Positions 1 to 9,407 of a stretch of DNA of 64,000 nt are shown here, one piece after another; positions within the stretch are counted from its first letter, which is position 1, and the number at the start of each line of letters is the position of its first letter. The notes under the pieces were generated by a model that ran no database searches, was not told where the DNA came from, and saw nothing but the letters and a program-made list of their open reading frames with translations. Origin of the DNA: Candidatus Latescibacterota bacterium (GTDB taxonomy: Bacteria > Latescibacterota > CBDEFO01); the NCBI GenBank assembly GCA_965248755.1, contig OZ252149.1:4096001-4160000 (forward strand). The letters are read 5' to 3'. The translations under genes were made by a program, and so were the position numbers.

Positions 1-366
1 TTCAGTTTGCTCTAAGAAATCACCCAGTAGCTCGGCCGCAACGAGAGACCGCAAGTCAAAGAGAAAACCGCCTTCGAAGTCACGCAGTGCGGCTTCGACC
101 ACGCCTAAGCATTCAGGAAAATGGTAGCTGTTGGTGGCGGATTCCTTTGATTCAGCAAGACGCCTCAATTCTTGATAATGGTCGCTGTCCTTGCCGCAGG
201 CTCGTGCTATAAGGTTCAACGCTTCTGTCCGAAAACGCAGATAATCCTCGTGTTTGGGGAAAGAACTCTTAAACTGGTGGCCATTCCAGCCGAGTGACAA
301 GAGGATATTACGGCCCTCCTCCACCAATTGTCTGAACTTCTCTAGAATCTTGTCTTCTGTGCTCAA
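1..366 (-). CDS. Hypothetical protein, probable N-terminal part of a HEPN/DUF4145-like protein (runs off window edge)
   Basis: Not in ORF track. Hand translation from TTG at 366 (GAGGAG RBS): MSTEDKILEKFRQLVEEG...LFDLRSLVAAELLGDFLEQTE, open to base 1. Family call is from recalled motif similarity only. Confidence 0.6.
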   Translation of the reverse strand, partial: MSTEDKILEKFRQLVEEGRNILLSLGWNGHQFKSSFPKHEDYLRFRTEALNLIARACGKDSDHYQELRRLAESKESATNSYHFPECLGVVEAALRDFEGGFLFDLRSLVAAELLGDFLEQTE

Positions 367-458
367 GCATTTCTCCTCATGAATGTGCCTAACTCATTCA
401 TCTCCAACCAAAGTTCGGGAATCTCTCCTCTTGGGCGGATTATCCGAAAAGTCCGATC

Positions 459-1325
459 CTACGACAACGCCTCAGCGCCTCCCACGATGTCGGCTAACTC
501 CATCGTGATGGACGTTTGTCTGACCTTATTCCTGGAGAGCGTGAGTTCATCTATCAGTTCACCGGCGTTCTTGGTGGCGCTCTCCATCGCGGTCATCCTT
601 GCCGCCTGCTCCGCCGCGTTGGATTCCAGGAGCACCTGCCACATCTGGACGTTGAGATGCAGCGGCAGTAAACTTTCGAGAATTTCGTCTTTGGACGGCT
701 CGTATAGATAGTCTGTGAAAAGCTCGTCGCCTACAGGTTCTTCGGGAACTATGGGCAGATATTGTTGGGCGACTATGTTCTGCTGTATGACGGATTTGAA
801 CTCGTTGTAGACGATATCTATTCTGTCGTATTGGGACTCGGAGTAGAGGGGAATTACCTCTTCGACTACAGCCTCTGCGTGTGAAAATTCGAGGTTGTTG
901 AAGATGTTGACGTGCTCTCCTATGATTTCGTAGTCCCTTCTTGTGAAATAGTCTCTTCCCTTTCTCCCCACGCAGATGAGGCTCACCTTCGCAGCGCCGT
1001 ATTCTTCTATCTGAGTTGCAGCTCGTCTTATCAAATTGCTGTTGAAGCTTCCGCAGAGCCCCCTGTCGGCCGTGACCACGACAAGGCATATCCTTTCGGG
1101 CCTTTCGGGAGGGCGCTCTACCAAAAGAGGATGCTTGGATGTCTCGACTCTGGATATCAGGTGTCTAAGGAGCGTATCTATCTTGCCGGAGTACGGGCGC
1201 GCTGCAAACATCCTCTCCTGCGCCCTTCTCATCCTGGCGGCGGCGACCATCCTCATCGCATTTGTGACCTGCTGGATGTTCTGTACGCTCGTTATGCGTC
1301 TCCTTATGGCGCGAAGGTTGGGCAT
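459..1325 (-). CDS. atpG: F1 ATP synthase gamma subunit
   Basis: MPNLRAIRRRI..AMRMVAAA, DRGLCGSFN, EQAARMTAM, RQTSITMEL motifs. Confidence 0.98.
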   Translation of the reverse strand: MPNLRAIRRRITSVQNIQQVTNAMRMVAAARMRRAQERMFAARPYSGKIDTLLRHLISRVETSKHPLLVERPPERPERICLVVVTADRGLCGSFNSNLIRRAATQIEEYGAAKVSLICVGRKGRDYFTRRDYEIIGEHVNIFNNLEFSHAEAVVEEVIPLYSESQYDRIDIVYNEFKSVIQQNIVAQQYLPIVPEEPVGDELFTDYLYEPSKDEILESLLPLHLNVQMWQVLLESNAAEQAARMTAMESATKNAGELIDELTLSRNKVRQTSITMELADIVGGAEALS

Positions 1326-1349
1326 TTTGACCTCTCCAGAAGATACGGA

Positions 1350-2882
1350 TTAAGCTGGATGCACTCGGAACTTCCCTTTAAACTCCTCAATGGCTGCTCT
1401 CAGCTTTTCCTCGTTTTCGTCCGTGATCTCTTTCTTTTCGACTATTTCGTCTAATATGTCGCGCTTGTTTTCGTCCATAAATTGGAGGAATTCGGCCTCA
1501 AAACGCTTGACCTCTTCGAGCGGTATGTCGTCCAGATAGCCCTGGTTTCCGGCGAAGACTGCTACGACCTGGTTTTCTACAGGCATGGGGACGTACTGAT
1601 CTTGCTTGAGGATTTCAACGAGCTTCTGTCCTCTGTTTAACTGCGCCTGTGTGGCGCTGTCCAGATCTGAGCCGAACTGGGAGAATGCTTCTACCTCTCT
1701 GAATCTGGCAAGGTCGAGCCGCAGCCTTCCAGCTACCTGTCTGAAGGCTTTTATCTGGGCGTTGCCCCCCACTCGGGAGACTGAAATGCCGACGTTTATG
1801 GCGGGCCTGACGCCCGAGTAGAAGAGGTCAGGCTCCAGATATATCTGCCCGTCCGTAATCGAGATAACGTTGGTAGGGATATACGTGGAAACATCTCCCT
1901 CCTGCGTCTCGATCACAGGCAGGGCCGTCAGTGATCCGCCTTGCAGATCGTCGCTGAGTTTGGCTGCCCTTTCCAAAAGCCGCGAGTGGAGATAGAAGAC
2001 GTCTCCTGGATACGCTTCCCTTCCGGGAGGTCTCCGCAGAAGCAGAGACATCTGGCGATAGGCCCAGGCGTGTTTTGTAAGGTCATCGTAAGCTACAAGG
2101 GCGTGCCTTCCGCTGTCCCTGAAGTATTCTCCCATCGTGGCACCCGAATAGGGAGCTAAGAACTGCAAAGGTGCGGGCTGATTAGCCGACGCTGAGATGA
2201 TTATGGTATAGTCCATCGCACCGTGATCATCCAGCGTCTTTGCGACCTTTGCAACCGAAGATGCCTTCTGTCCGATGGCGACATATATGCAGAATACATC
2301 TTCGCCTTTTTGGTTTATGATAGTGTCAATTATTATGGCGGTCTTTCCCGTCTGTCTATCGCCGATTATAAGTTCCCTTTGACCCCTTCCTATCGGAGTC
2401 ATACTGTCTATAGCTTTAAGCCCTGTCTGGACAGGCTGGACCACCGGCTGGCGTTGGACGACTCCAAGGGCTTTGCGCTCGACAGGTAAATAGTCCTTAG
2501 CCTCAATCGCGCCTTTCCCGTCTATAGGCTCTCCCAGGGGATTGACGACTCTTCCGAGCATCTCTTCGCCCACCGGGATCTGGACGATTCTGCCTGTTCG
2601 CTTTACAGTGTCGCCCTCCTTGATGTGTATATCCTCGCCGAAGATTACACAGCCGACATTATCCTCCTCTAAGTTGAGCACCATTCCCATAGTGCCGTCC
2701 GGGAACTCCACAAGTTCGCTTGCCATAACGTTGGCAAGTCCGTGCAGACGGGCGATGCCGTCTCCGACCTGAAGGACAGTCCCTGCATCGTAGACATCAA
2801 CTTCCTTATCGAACTCCAAAATATTCTTCTTTAATATATTGGAGACTTCGTCGGGTCTTACGTCCAGACTTCCTGTAGCCAC
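1350..2882 (-). CDS. atpA: F1 ATP synthase alpha subunit
   Basis: Walker [31 protein letters not shown]. Confidence 0.99.
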   Translation of the reverse strand: MATGSLDVRPDEVSNILKKNILEFDKEVDVYDAGTVLQVGDGIARLHGLANVMASELVEFPDGTMGMVLNLEEDNVGCVIFGEDIHIKEGDTVKRTGRIVQIPVGEEMLGRVVNPLGEPIDGKGAIEAKDYLPVERKALGVVQRQPVVQPVQTGLKAIDSMTPIGRGQRELIIGDRQTGKTAIIIDTIINQKGEDVFCIYVAIGQKASSVAKVAKTLDDHGAMDYTIIISASANQPAPLQFLAPYSGATMGEYFRDSGRHALVAYDDLTKHAWAYRQMSLLLRRPPGREAYPGDVFYLHSRLLERAAKLSDDLQGGSLTALPVIETQEGDVSTYIPTNVISITDGQIYLEPDLFYSGVRPAINVGISVSRVGGNAQIKAFRQVAGRLRLDLARFREVEAFSQFGSDLDSATQAQLNRGQKLVEILKQDQYVPMPVENQVVAVFAGNQGYLDDIPLEEVKRFEAEFLQFMDENKRDILDEIVEKKEITDENEEKLRAAIEEFKGKFRVHPA

Positions 2883-2904
2883 AGTTTACAGACCTCCTTA
2901 GGAA

Positions 2905-3013
2905 AGTAGACAGTAGTCAGTAGACAGCATACAGGGACACCGTCTCCCCTCTCTTCTACTATCCCTAAAGCGGGGATGGGAAGGGCTACCCTGTCTACCG
3001 TTTGCTGTCTACT
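2905..3013. repeat. Family B intergenic element: (AGTAGAC)n ... (GTCTACT)n inverted heptamer ends with an internal hairpin
   Basis: AGTAGACAGTAGTCAGTAGACAG...ATCCCTAAAGCGGGGAT...CTGTCTACCGTTTGCTGTCTACT; closely similar copy at 3564-3680. Confidence 0.9.
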
Positions 3014-3017
3014 TGTC

Positions 3018-3554
3018 TTATCCGATCATCTGCATTTTCATAAGTTCAAGTTGTTTTGCCAAACTTGCATCTATTACGGTGTCCTGCAGGTTGACTATGA
3101 ATCCTCCCTTTAAAGACGGTTCTACAGACACTTCGGCGCGCACCTCTTTGCCGGAGTAGATCGATAGCTTCTCTTCGAGGCGGACCTTCTGTTCATCCGT
3201 CAGGTGCACCGCGCTCTTAACTCCGGCGGCGATTATGCCCTCGCGCTCATCGAAAAGCCTCAGTGACTCCTGCAATATCTCCTTGAGTAAGCTCTCCCGG
3301 TCTTGATCAGCCAAGATGCACAAGAAATTGAGCGTGATCCGATTAAGCTTGTCTTCGAATAGCTCCTGAAAGGTCTGTCTTTTGAATCTTGTCTCTATAA
3401 TAGGATTCTTGAGGAAGCTTTGAAAGTCGTCTGAGTCCTCCAAAAGTTGCAGGAGTCCCTCTGCATCTGATCTGACCTCTTCAAGAATTCCTCTTTCCTC
3501 TGCCGCGTCTAAGAAAGCTTGGGCGTAGCGGCGCGCCACCTTCGTCATAGTCAC
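3018..3554 (-). CDS. atpH: ATP synthase delta subunit
   Basis: VARRYAQA N-terminus, LKGGFIV..DTVIDASL C-terminus, position between atpF and atpA. Confidence 0.96.
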   Translation of the reverse strand: MTMTKVARRYAQAFLDAAEERGILEEVRSDAEGLLQLLEDSDDFQSFLKNPIIETRFKRQTFQELFEDKLNRITLNFLCILADQDRESLLKEILQESLRLFDEREGIIAAGVKSAVHLTDEQKVRLEEKLSIYSGKEVRAEVSVEPSLKGGFIVNLQDTVIDASLAKQLELMKMQMIG

Positions 3555-3563
3555 CCCTCTTTT

Positions 3564-3680
3564 AGTAGACAGTAGTCAGTAGACAGCATACTGGTGCACC
3601 ATCTCCTCTCCCTTCTACTATCCCTAAAGTGGGGATGAGCAGGGTTACCCTGTCTACTGTCTACTGTTTGCTGTCTACTG
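3564..3680. repeat. Family B intergenic element (second full copy)
   Basis: Same organisation and high similarity to 2905-3013. Confidence 0.9.
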
Positions 3681-3682
3681 AT

Positions 3683-4195
3683 TTATTGTGAATTGTCTTC
3701 GGGTATGCCCTCTATAAGAGAGTCCAGCATCTTTTTGTGTCTATCTGCATCGAGTTCCTCGTCGAGAATTCTCTCAGCGGCGGTTATCGCAAGGTCCGCT
3801 ACGGTGCCTTTTATCTCCCGAAGAGCGGTATCCTTTTCCCGCTCTATCTCCCGTCGATTTCGCTCCAATTCACTTTCTGCTTTCTGGCGAGCCTCCTCTA
3901 TCATCTTATCCCTTTCGGACTCGGCGCTTTCTATTATCTCTTGCATTTTAGCTCTGGACTCTGCCTCCATGTCCTCCAGACGCTTTTGGACTTCGGATTG
4001 AAGCCTTTCCAACTCACTCTGGTCATCTTCCAGCTTGCGAGTCCTTTCTAGAACTTCGCTTCTGCGGTTTTGCAAAAGTTCGCCCACCTTCCCAAAGGCG
4101 TACTTCCACAGTATCAAGAAAACTATCAAAAAGCCCGCAGCTTGGATGATTATAGCTCTGGGATCTATTCCCAAGTTGTGAAATAAATCTTCCAC
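3683..4195 (-). CDS. atpF: ATP synthase F0 subunit b
   Basis: N-terminal TM (IQAAGFLIVFLILWKYAF) then charged coiled coil; probable GTG start at 4195 after GGAGG. Confidence 0.93.
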   Translation of the reverse strand: MEDLFHNLGIDPRAIIIQAAGFLIVFLILWKYAFGKVGELLQNRRSEVLERTRKLEDDQSELERLQSEVQKRLEDMEAESRAKMQEIIESAESERDKMIEEARQKAESELERNRREIEREKDTALREIKGTVADLAITAAERILDEELDADRHKKMLDSLIEGIPEDNSQ

Positions 4196-4282
4196 TAATT
4201 GCCCTCCCAGGGTTCGATGGGGCAAAACCTACAACTCTGCCCTATCACACCAGCTTCAACGTTGGCTCGGATGCCTTGCAGA

Positions 4283-4564
4283 TCATCCTCCTGCAGCCGT
4301 GGCTTTGATGATCTCTATAACCTGTTCGTAGCTCGGCAGTCGATCCTGCAGGAGGAAGAACATCAAAAGCGAGTAGATGACAAGTGACTCTATCAGAGCC
4401 AATCCGATGATCATCGCAAGCTGAATCCTCCCTGCCGCCTCAGGCTGTCGAGCTATCCCTTCCAACGCTGTCGAGGTGGCCCTTCCCTGGGCTGTTGACG
4501 CTGCAAGAACAGCTATCGGAAGTCCCAGTCCCACTGCGAACGCTAAGACTGCAAAGTAGAGCAT
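4283..4564 (-). CDS. atpE: ATP synthase F0 subunit c
   Basis: ARQPEA loop, IESLVIY carboxylate motif. Confidence 0.97.
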   Translation of the reverse strand: MLYFAVLAFAVGLGLPIAVLAASTAQGRATSTALEGIARQPEAAGRIQLAMIIGLALIESLVIYSLLMFFLLQDRLPSYEQVIEIIKATAAGG

Positions 4565-4672
4565 CTTTCCCTCCCTGATTTAAAAAGTTTGGTGGTGTAC
4601 ATTGGATTCCTACATATTTCATTACAAATGAGGTTCGAATTTCTCAAAGTTGGCTTTGAGTTACTATAATGT

Positions 4673-4693
4673 CCCCGATTGAATCTATCGGGG
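4673..4693 (+). repeat. Family A 21-bp palindrome CCCCGATTGAATCTATCGGGG
   Basis: Exact consensus. Further copies at 11476, 17508 (nested), 27260, 33958, 35164, 49404, 57202 (nested), 57383, 63302. Confidence 0.95.
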
Positions 4694-4728
4694 CATGCCT
4701 CCTTTCTATCCCTTTGTAATGAATGCTC

Positions 4729-5571
4729 TCAGTGTTCCTCGTGATGTTCGCTTATAAAGGTAGCAAGGTATATCGCTGTCAAAAGTGAAAAGACTAAAGC
4801 CTGGATTAGACTTGAGAAGAGTCCAAAAAGCATCATAGGAAGTTGGAAAGGCACAGGCAGATAGACAGGCAAAACAGTTATCGCAAGAGTTGCAAGGACG
4901 ATTATTATCGTGTCCTCACCAAAGATATTTCCGAATAGTCGGATGGAAAGGGACATAACTTTCGCAAGTTCTCCTATAAGGTGCAGAGGAAACATAAGGG
5001 GACCGAGCCATATAGGTTCTCCCAGAAAGTGCTTGATATATGGGATAAAACCGAGCTCCTTTATGGCTATGACCTGAACTCCTGAGATTGCGACCAGGGC
5101 CATGGCAAGTGTGGTGTTCAAGTCCGCTGTGGGAGATTGGAATCCTGGTATGAGCCCTAATATATTAAGACAGAGTATGAAGATGAAGAACGATCCCATA
5201 AAGGCCGTGTATTTTCTCCCGCGTTCACCTACTATGTCCGTGAAGAAATCCATAAGCCCGCCGACTACCATCTCCATAAAGTTCTGGAGCTTCCCTGCCG
5301 GAAGGGGCTTGAGGTTCCTCGTAGCCAATATAACGAAAATTCCGATCACCAAGATCATAAAATATGTGTTCGGTATGAGGTCGTGTTGTTCTTTCAGATT
5401 CTCTGATATTTCCGCTATAGGACCCCTGTTGAGCATATGGAGCCAGGAGTGATGGTGTTCGTGGCCTTCTTCCTCATGACGTCCTTCAGCTTCGGCAGCC
5501 CAAAGTGGGGTTGTCGCCGCCGCTACGGATAAAGCTATGAGGATAACAAACAGGATCTTCTTAATATTCAA
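4729..5571 (-). CDS. atpB: ATP synthase F0 subunit a with signal-like, His-rich N-terminal extension
   Basis: SLSIRLFGNI (essential Arg), IQALVFSLL; probable TTG start at 5571 overlapping atpI stop. Confidence 0.95.
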   Translation of the reverse strand: MNIKKILFVILIALSVAAATTPLWAAEAEGRHEEEGHEHHHSWLHMLNRGPIAEISENLKEQHDLIPNTYFMILVIGIFVILATRNLKPLPAGKLQNFMEMVVGGLMDFFTDIVGERGRKYTAFMGSFFIFILCLNILGLIPGFQSPTADLNTTLAMALVAISGVQVIAIKELGFIPYIKHFLGEPIWLGPLMFPLHLIGELAKVMSLSIRLFGNIFGEDTIIIVLATLAITVLPVYLPVPFQLPMMLFGLFSSLIQALVFSLLTAIYLATFISEHHEEH

Positions 5572-6017
5572 GGACGTTCCTCCCGATTCATCGATCTCGA
5601 ATTCACTGCGTTTACAAGTATTATCCCGAAGGCTTTGAGTATTATGATAGCCTGCACCAATCCCAATCCCACAACCAGAGCTGCTAAGCTCAGCCATTCT
5701 GATCTCATAAGGAAGTAGAAAAGCGTCACTATGAGAGGAAATTTAATCAACGCTGTAATGAGGATCATCGGTTTAGGCTTTTTCTTTTGAGGAGTTATGT
5801 ATTTTTTAATTGCGTATTCCAGAGCCCTTAGAAATATTAGACTGACAGCCGCACCTGTGCTGAAGCTTAAGGCTATTCCTCGTCCTAGGTAAGTCCATAT
5901 CCACAAAAAGGCAAATATCCCCACCCAAATTGACGTGCGATAGACCCTCAGAAGGAAGTTCTTATCTATTTCCAAGGGCTTGAAGTCCTTATGTCCCTTT
6001 ATCCTTATTCTGTGCAT
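5568..6017 (-). CDS. atpI: ATP synthase protein I-like membrane protein
   Basis: Four hydrophobic segments, immediately upstream of atpB; start uncertain. Confidence 0.7.
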   Translation of the reverse strand: MHRIRIKGHKDFKPLEIDKNFLLRVYRTSIWVGIFAFLWIWTYLGRGIALSFSTGAAVSLIFLRALEYAIKKYITPQKKKPKPMILITALIKFPLIVTLFYFLMRSEWLSLAALVVGLGLVQAIIILKAFGIILVNAVNSRSMNREERP

Positions 6018-6237
6018 CTAATTCTTCCAGGTATTTCTTAACCGTCTTGAACATCTGCATAAATCCTGCGGCGATCCCCAGGATCGCTCCGATAAATCCT
6101 CCCCAAGTTTTACTTCCCAAACTTTCGCCTATCCATGCGCCGAGGAAATATCCTATAGCTGTGGAGAGGACTAACGTCAGACCTATAGCACTAAGTTCAC
6201 CCGCTAATCTCCATCCTCCCTTTTGATCTATGTTCAT
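5989..6237 (-). CDS. AtpZ/AtpI (gene 1) family protein
   Basis: Two TMs with IGYFLG.WI..LG and GAILGIAAGF pattern at the head of the atp genes. Confidence 0.8.
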   Translation of the reverse strand: MNIDQKGGWRLAGELSAIGLTLVLSTAIGYFLGAWIGESLGSKTWGGFIGAILGIAAGFMQMFKTVKKYLEELDAQNKDKGT

Positions 6238-6246
6238 CCTTTCACC

Positions 6247-7704
6247 CTACATAATAGACAGGGCGGACTGTACGGCTAATTCCAAAAGCCACGAGGGCAT
6301 GATGCCGATTTCGATTACTCCGAGGGCACAAAGCGCAAGGGTCAATGACAAAAGGACTGGAGTAGAGGCTCCAACCGCTGTGGATGGAACTTCCTCAGGT
6401 TCACTCATATACATTACTACCACAACTCTCAGGTAGTAGTAAACTGAGATGACGCTATTTACAACAGCGACGATGACCAGTCCTGTAAATCCTGCCTTTA
6501 TTGCCGCTCTGAAGATATAGAACTTCCCTATAAATCCTGCTGTCGGAGGAAATCCCGCAAGCGACATCATAAAAAGGGTCATCAAAAGGGCGACCACGGG
6601 GCGTTTAAATCCGAGACCTGAATACGAGTCAAAGGTGAGGTTCTCTGCTCCTTCTCTTCCCATCATTATCAGGATTCCGAACGCCCCTATATTCATAAGC
6701 GTATAGACTAAAAGGTAGAAGATAAGACTTGAAACGCCCTCCTCTGCCGACGCCACGAGCGCTACCAAAGCATATCCTGCGTGGGCGATGCTCGAATAAG
6801 CCAACATCCTTTTTATATTGTTCTGCGATATGGCTATTACATTTCCCACGGTCATTGTCAATGCGGCGATGACCCACACTATCGCGATCCACTCACCTTG
6901 CATCGCCTCGAACGTAAGCACAAATACCCTCAAAAGGGCGGCGAATCCTGCGGCTTTAGGGCCTGCGGATATAAAAGCCGTGATCGCCGTGGGAGCGCCC
7001 TCATAGACATCCGGAACCCACATGTGAAACGGTACGAGGGCTATCTTAAACCCCAGACCGACGAGGATTAAAAAGCCTCCAACTAAAAGGAGCGGAGATT
7101 CTGCCGCCGTAGTGCTCGATATGTAATCGGTTATGCCCACAAGGTTTGTAGTCCCGCACCCGCCGTAGACGAGAGCCATTCCGTATAATAAGAATCCCGT
7201 GGCAAAGGCCCCCAAAAGAAAATATTTCAGTGCTGCCTCGTTGGAGGCAGGTTCGCGCCTCATGAACCCTGCTAGAATATACTGAGAAATGGACAAAAGT
7301 TCAAGCCCTAAAAAGATCATGATTAAATCCGTCCCCGCAGCTAACAACATCATCCCGACCGTTGCCAAAAGCAGAAGGATGTAATATTCAGCTTTGTCTA
7401 TCTTTTCCCTCTTGACGTAGGTGAGGGAAATCCCAATAGTAAGTGCCGTCCCGATGAGGAATATGATATTGAAGAAGATGGTGTAGTTGTCCAGAGCGAC
7501 CATATTGCTGAAGGATATGTCCTGACTCCCCCACAGTCTGATGGACTGAAAGATAGCCAACATAATCCCTACAAAGCTGAGCAGGGCCGCCTTGCTTCCC
7601 CTCGGAGAGATCATATCTGCGATCATCGCCACAAGAGCCGTGCCCGTAACTATTAGTGCGGGCGAGATGATCGTCCAGTTCATGTCCGGTATGGAGACGT
7701 CCAT
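6247..7704 (-). CDS. nuoN: NADH-quinone oxidoreductase subunit N
   Basis: EAALKYF, FKIALVPFHMWVPDVYEGAP, KRMLAYSSIAHAG. Start at 7704, or at 7746 reading through a heptamer repeat. Confidence 0.97.
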   Translation of the reverse strand: MDVSIPDMNWTIISPALIVTGTALVAMIADMISPRGSKAALLSFVGIMLAIFQSIRLWGSQDISFSNMVALDNYTIFFNIIFLIGTALTIGISLTYVKREKIDKAEYYILLLLATVGMMLLAAGTDLIMIFLGLELLSISQYILAGFMRREPASNEAALKYFLLGAFATGFLLYGMALVYGGCGTTNLVGITDYISSTTAAESPLLLVGGFLILVGLGFKIALVPFHMWVPDVYEGAPTAITAFISAGPKAAGFAALLRVFVLTFEAMQGEWIAIVWVIAALTMTVGNVIAISQNNIKRMLAYSSIAHAGYALVALVASAEEGVSSLIFYLLVYTLMNIGAFGILIMMGREGAENLTFDSYSGLGFKRPVVALLMTLFMMSLAGFPPTAGFIGKFYIFRAAIKAGFTGLVIVAVVNSVISVYYYLRVVVVMYMSEPEEVPSTAVGASTPVLLSLTLALCALGVIEIGIMPSWLLELAVQSALSIM

Positions 7705-7709
7705 AAGCA

Positions 7710-7739
7710 AGTAGACAGTAGACAGTAGACAGTAGACAG
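7710..7739. repeat. Tandem heptamer (AGTAGAC)x4, family B end
   Basis: AGTAGACAGTAGACAGTAGACAGTAGACAG directly upstream of nuoN. Confidence 0.95.
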
Positions 7740-7782
7740 GGCACATCCTTCCCCCTATCTACTACCTATTTGTTTGTTTCCC

Positions 7783-9228
7783 TTAGAAAAAGACGAATGT
7801 AACTACTACAAACAGGGGCATCAAAATCATAACGGAGTAGAGCATAAATCCGAAGAAGCTCGGCATCTTTATTCCGTTTTCCTCTGCGATGGATCTAACC
7901 ATAAAGTTCGGAGCGTTGCCAATATAAGTTGTTGCTCCCATAAAGACTGCACCCGCAGATATAGCTTTGAGGTATATCTCCTGCCGTTCAATGAGCAATT
8001 GCACAGCCTCAAGTTCAGGTATTCCAGGAAAGAAGTTTCCCAAAGCCGTATTCAAGAACGTCAGATAAGTGGGCGCATTATCCAGGAAGCTTGAAAGTAT
8101 CCCCGTAATCCAGAAGTAGTGCCACGGTTCTGTAACCGCCTGTATAAGAGACCCCAGTGCTCCCTCTGTCCCAGCCTTTAATATGGCAAGAGCGGGGATT
8201 ATGCACATAAATATGCCAGCAAATAGATACGCCACCTCTTTTATGGGGAACCACGTAAATCCATTGGCGACTCTGAGTTCTTTCGACGTGAACCTAAGAG
8301 ATAAAAGCCCCATAACTATCAGCGTTATGTCCCTTGCGATATTCTGGATTCCCACGTGGACTCCCGCCAGAGTCACAGCCCCGGGTCTCCACAGGCCACT
8401 CATCAAGACTCCACCTATCACTCCGAAAAGGAATATAAAGTTGTAAAGCCCTTCGATTCTCAGAGGTTTCTTCTCGACTTTTTCTTCTACTTCTATATCC
8501 GTAGGATTAGGTCTTTCGCGTGCATATAGAACACTGTCAATCATATAAAACAATATCAGAAGTAGGATACTGACGAACGCCATGTGCGGGAATAAGTTGA
8601 AAGTCCAGAAAAAGTCGACCCCGTGGAGAAATCCCAAGAATAGGGGTGGATCGCCCAGTGGAGTCAATGATCCTCCTATGTTGCTGACCAGGAATATGAA
8701 GAATACCACAATGTGCAACTTGCTCCTTCTGTGTTCGTTAGCCCTTATAATAGGTCTAATAAGGAGCATTGACGCCCCTGTAGTGCCTACCCAGGACGCT
8801 ATTATTGTGCCTATGAGCAGAATCGTCGTGTTGACGATGGGAGTCCCCTTTAGAGTGCCGCTCACAAGTATCCCGCTGGAGACCGTAAAGAGCGCCCATA
8901 AGAGTATAATAAAGGGTATGTAATCGATTATGTATATATGCAGTATTTCCTGCAGAGCTTCGCCTCCGTAAGCAGCCGTAAAGGGAATGGCAAATATCAA
9001 AGCCCACGCGGCGGAGATCTTTCCGAAATGATGATGCCAGAATATCGGAGCCGCAAGGGGAAAGATAGCGATAGAAAGCAGTAAGCCGACAAAGGGAATG
9101 AGAGACCACAGAGGCAAGACCTTTCCGAGTACAGCTCCAGTGTGATCTTGCCCCTGGCCACTGCTCGCCCCACACGCCACGGGGAGGATCAGAGCAAGTA
9201 CAGCAAGGAACAGAATAAGCCAGCCCAT
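7783..9228 (-). CDS. IT-superfamily ion transporter (putative Na+/H+ antiporter, NhaD/CitMHS-like)
   Basis: About 12 TMs, SNIGGSLTPLGDPPLFLG, SSFLDNAPTY, YIGNAPNF. Likely start 9228; the ORF extension to 9411 mostly reads through a repeat. Confidence 0.85.
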   Translation of the reverse strand: MGWLILFLAVLALILPVACGASSGQGQDHTGAVLGKVLPLWSLIPFVGLLLSIAIFPLAAPIFWHHHFGKISAAWALIFAIPFTAAYGGEALQEILHIYIIDYIPFIILLWALFTVSSGILVSGTLKGTPIVNTTILLIGTIIASWVGTTGASMLLIRPIIRANEHRRSKLHIVVFFIFLVSNIGGSLTPLGDPPLFLGFLHGVDFFWTFNLFPHMAFVSILLLILFYMIDSVLYARERPNPTDIEVEEKVEKKPLRIEGLYNFIFLFGVIGGVLMSGLWRPGAVTLAGVHVGIQNIARDITLIVMGLLSLRFTSKELRVANGFTWFPIKEVAYLFAGIFMCIIPALAILKAGTEGALGSLIQAVTEPWHYFWITGILSSFLDNAPTYLTFLNTALGNFFPGIPELEAVQLLIERQEIYLKAISAGAVFMGATTYIGNAPNFMVRSIAEENGIKMPSFFGFMLYSVMILMPLFVVVTFVFF

Positions 9229-9262
9229 TGGACGCCACCGCCCGTTCGCATGAGCCCTCTTA

Positions 9263-9390
9263 AGTAGACGGGGACATCTTATCTCTGTGCTTGAGATAGC
9301 TTCAGGGGATTTCACCTCCCTTGCAATTACAATGCCAGTCCTTTGGTCATTGTGAGCAGAAGGAAGCAATCTCCCTGTATGCTGTCTACT
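9263..9390. repeat. Composite B+C intergenic element
   Basis: AGTAGAC...GAGATAGCTTC...CTTGCAATTAC...GTCATTGTGAG...GAAGCAATCTC...CTGTCTACT. Confidence 0.8.
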
Positions 9391-9407
9391 ATTTTGGATC
9401 TCTGTAA

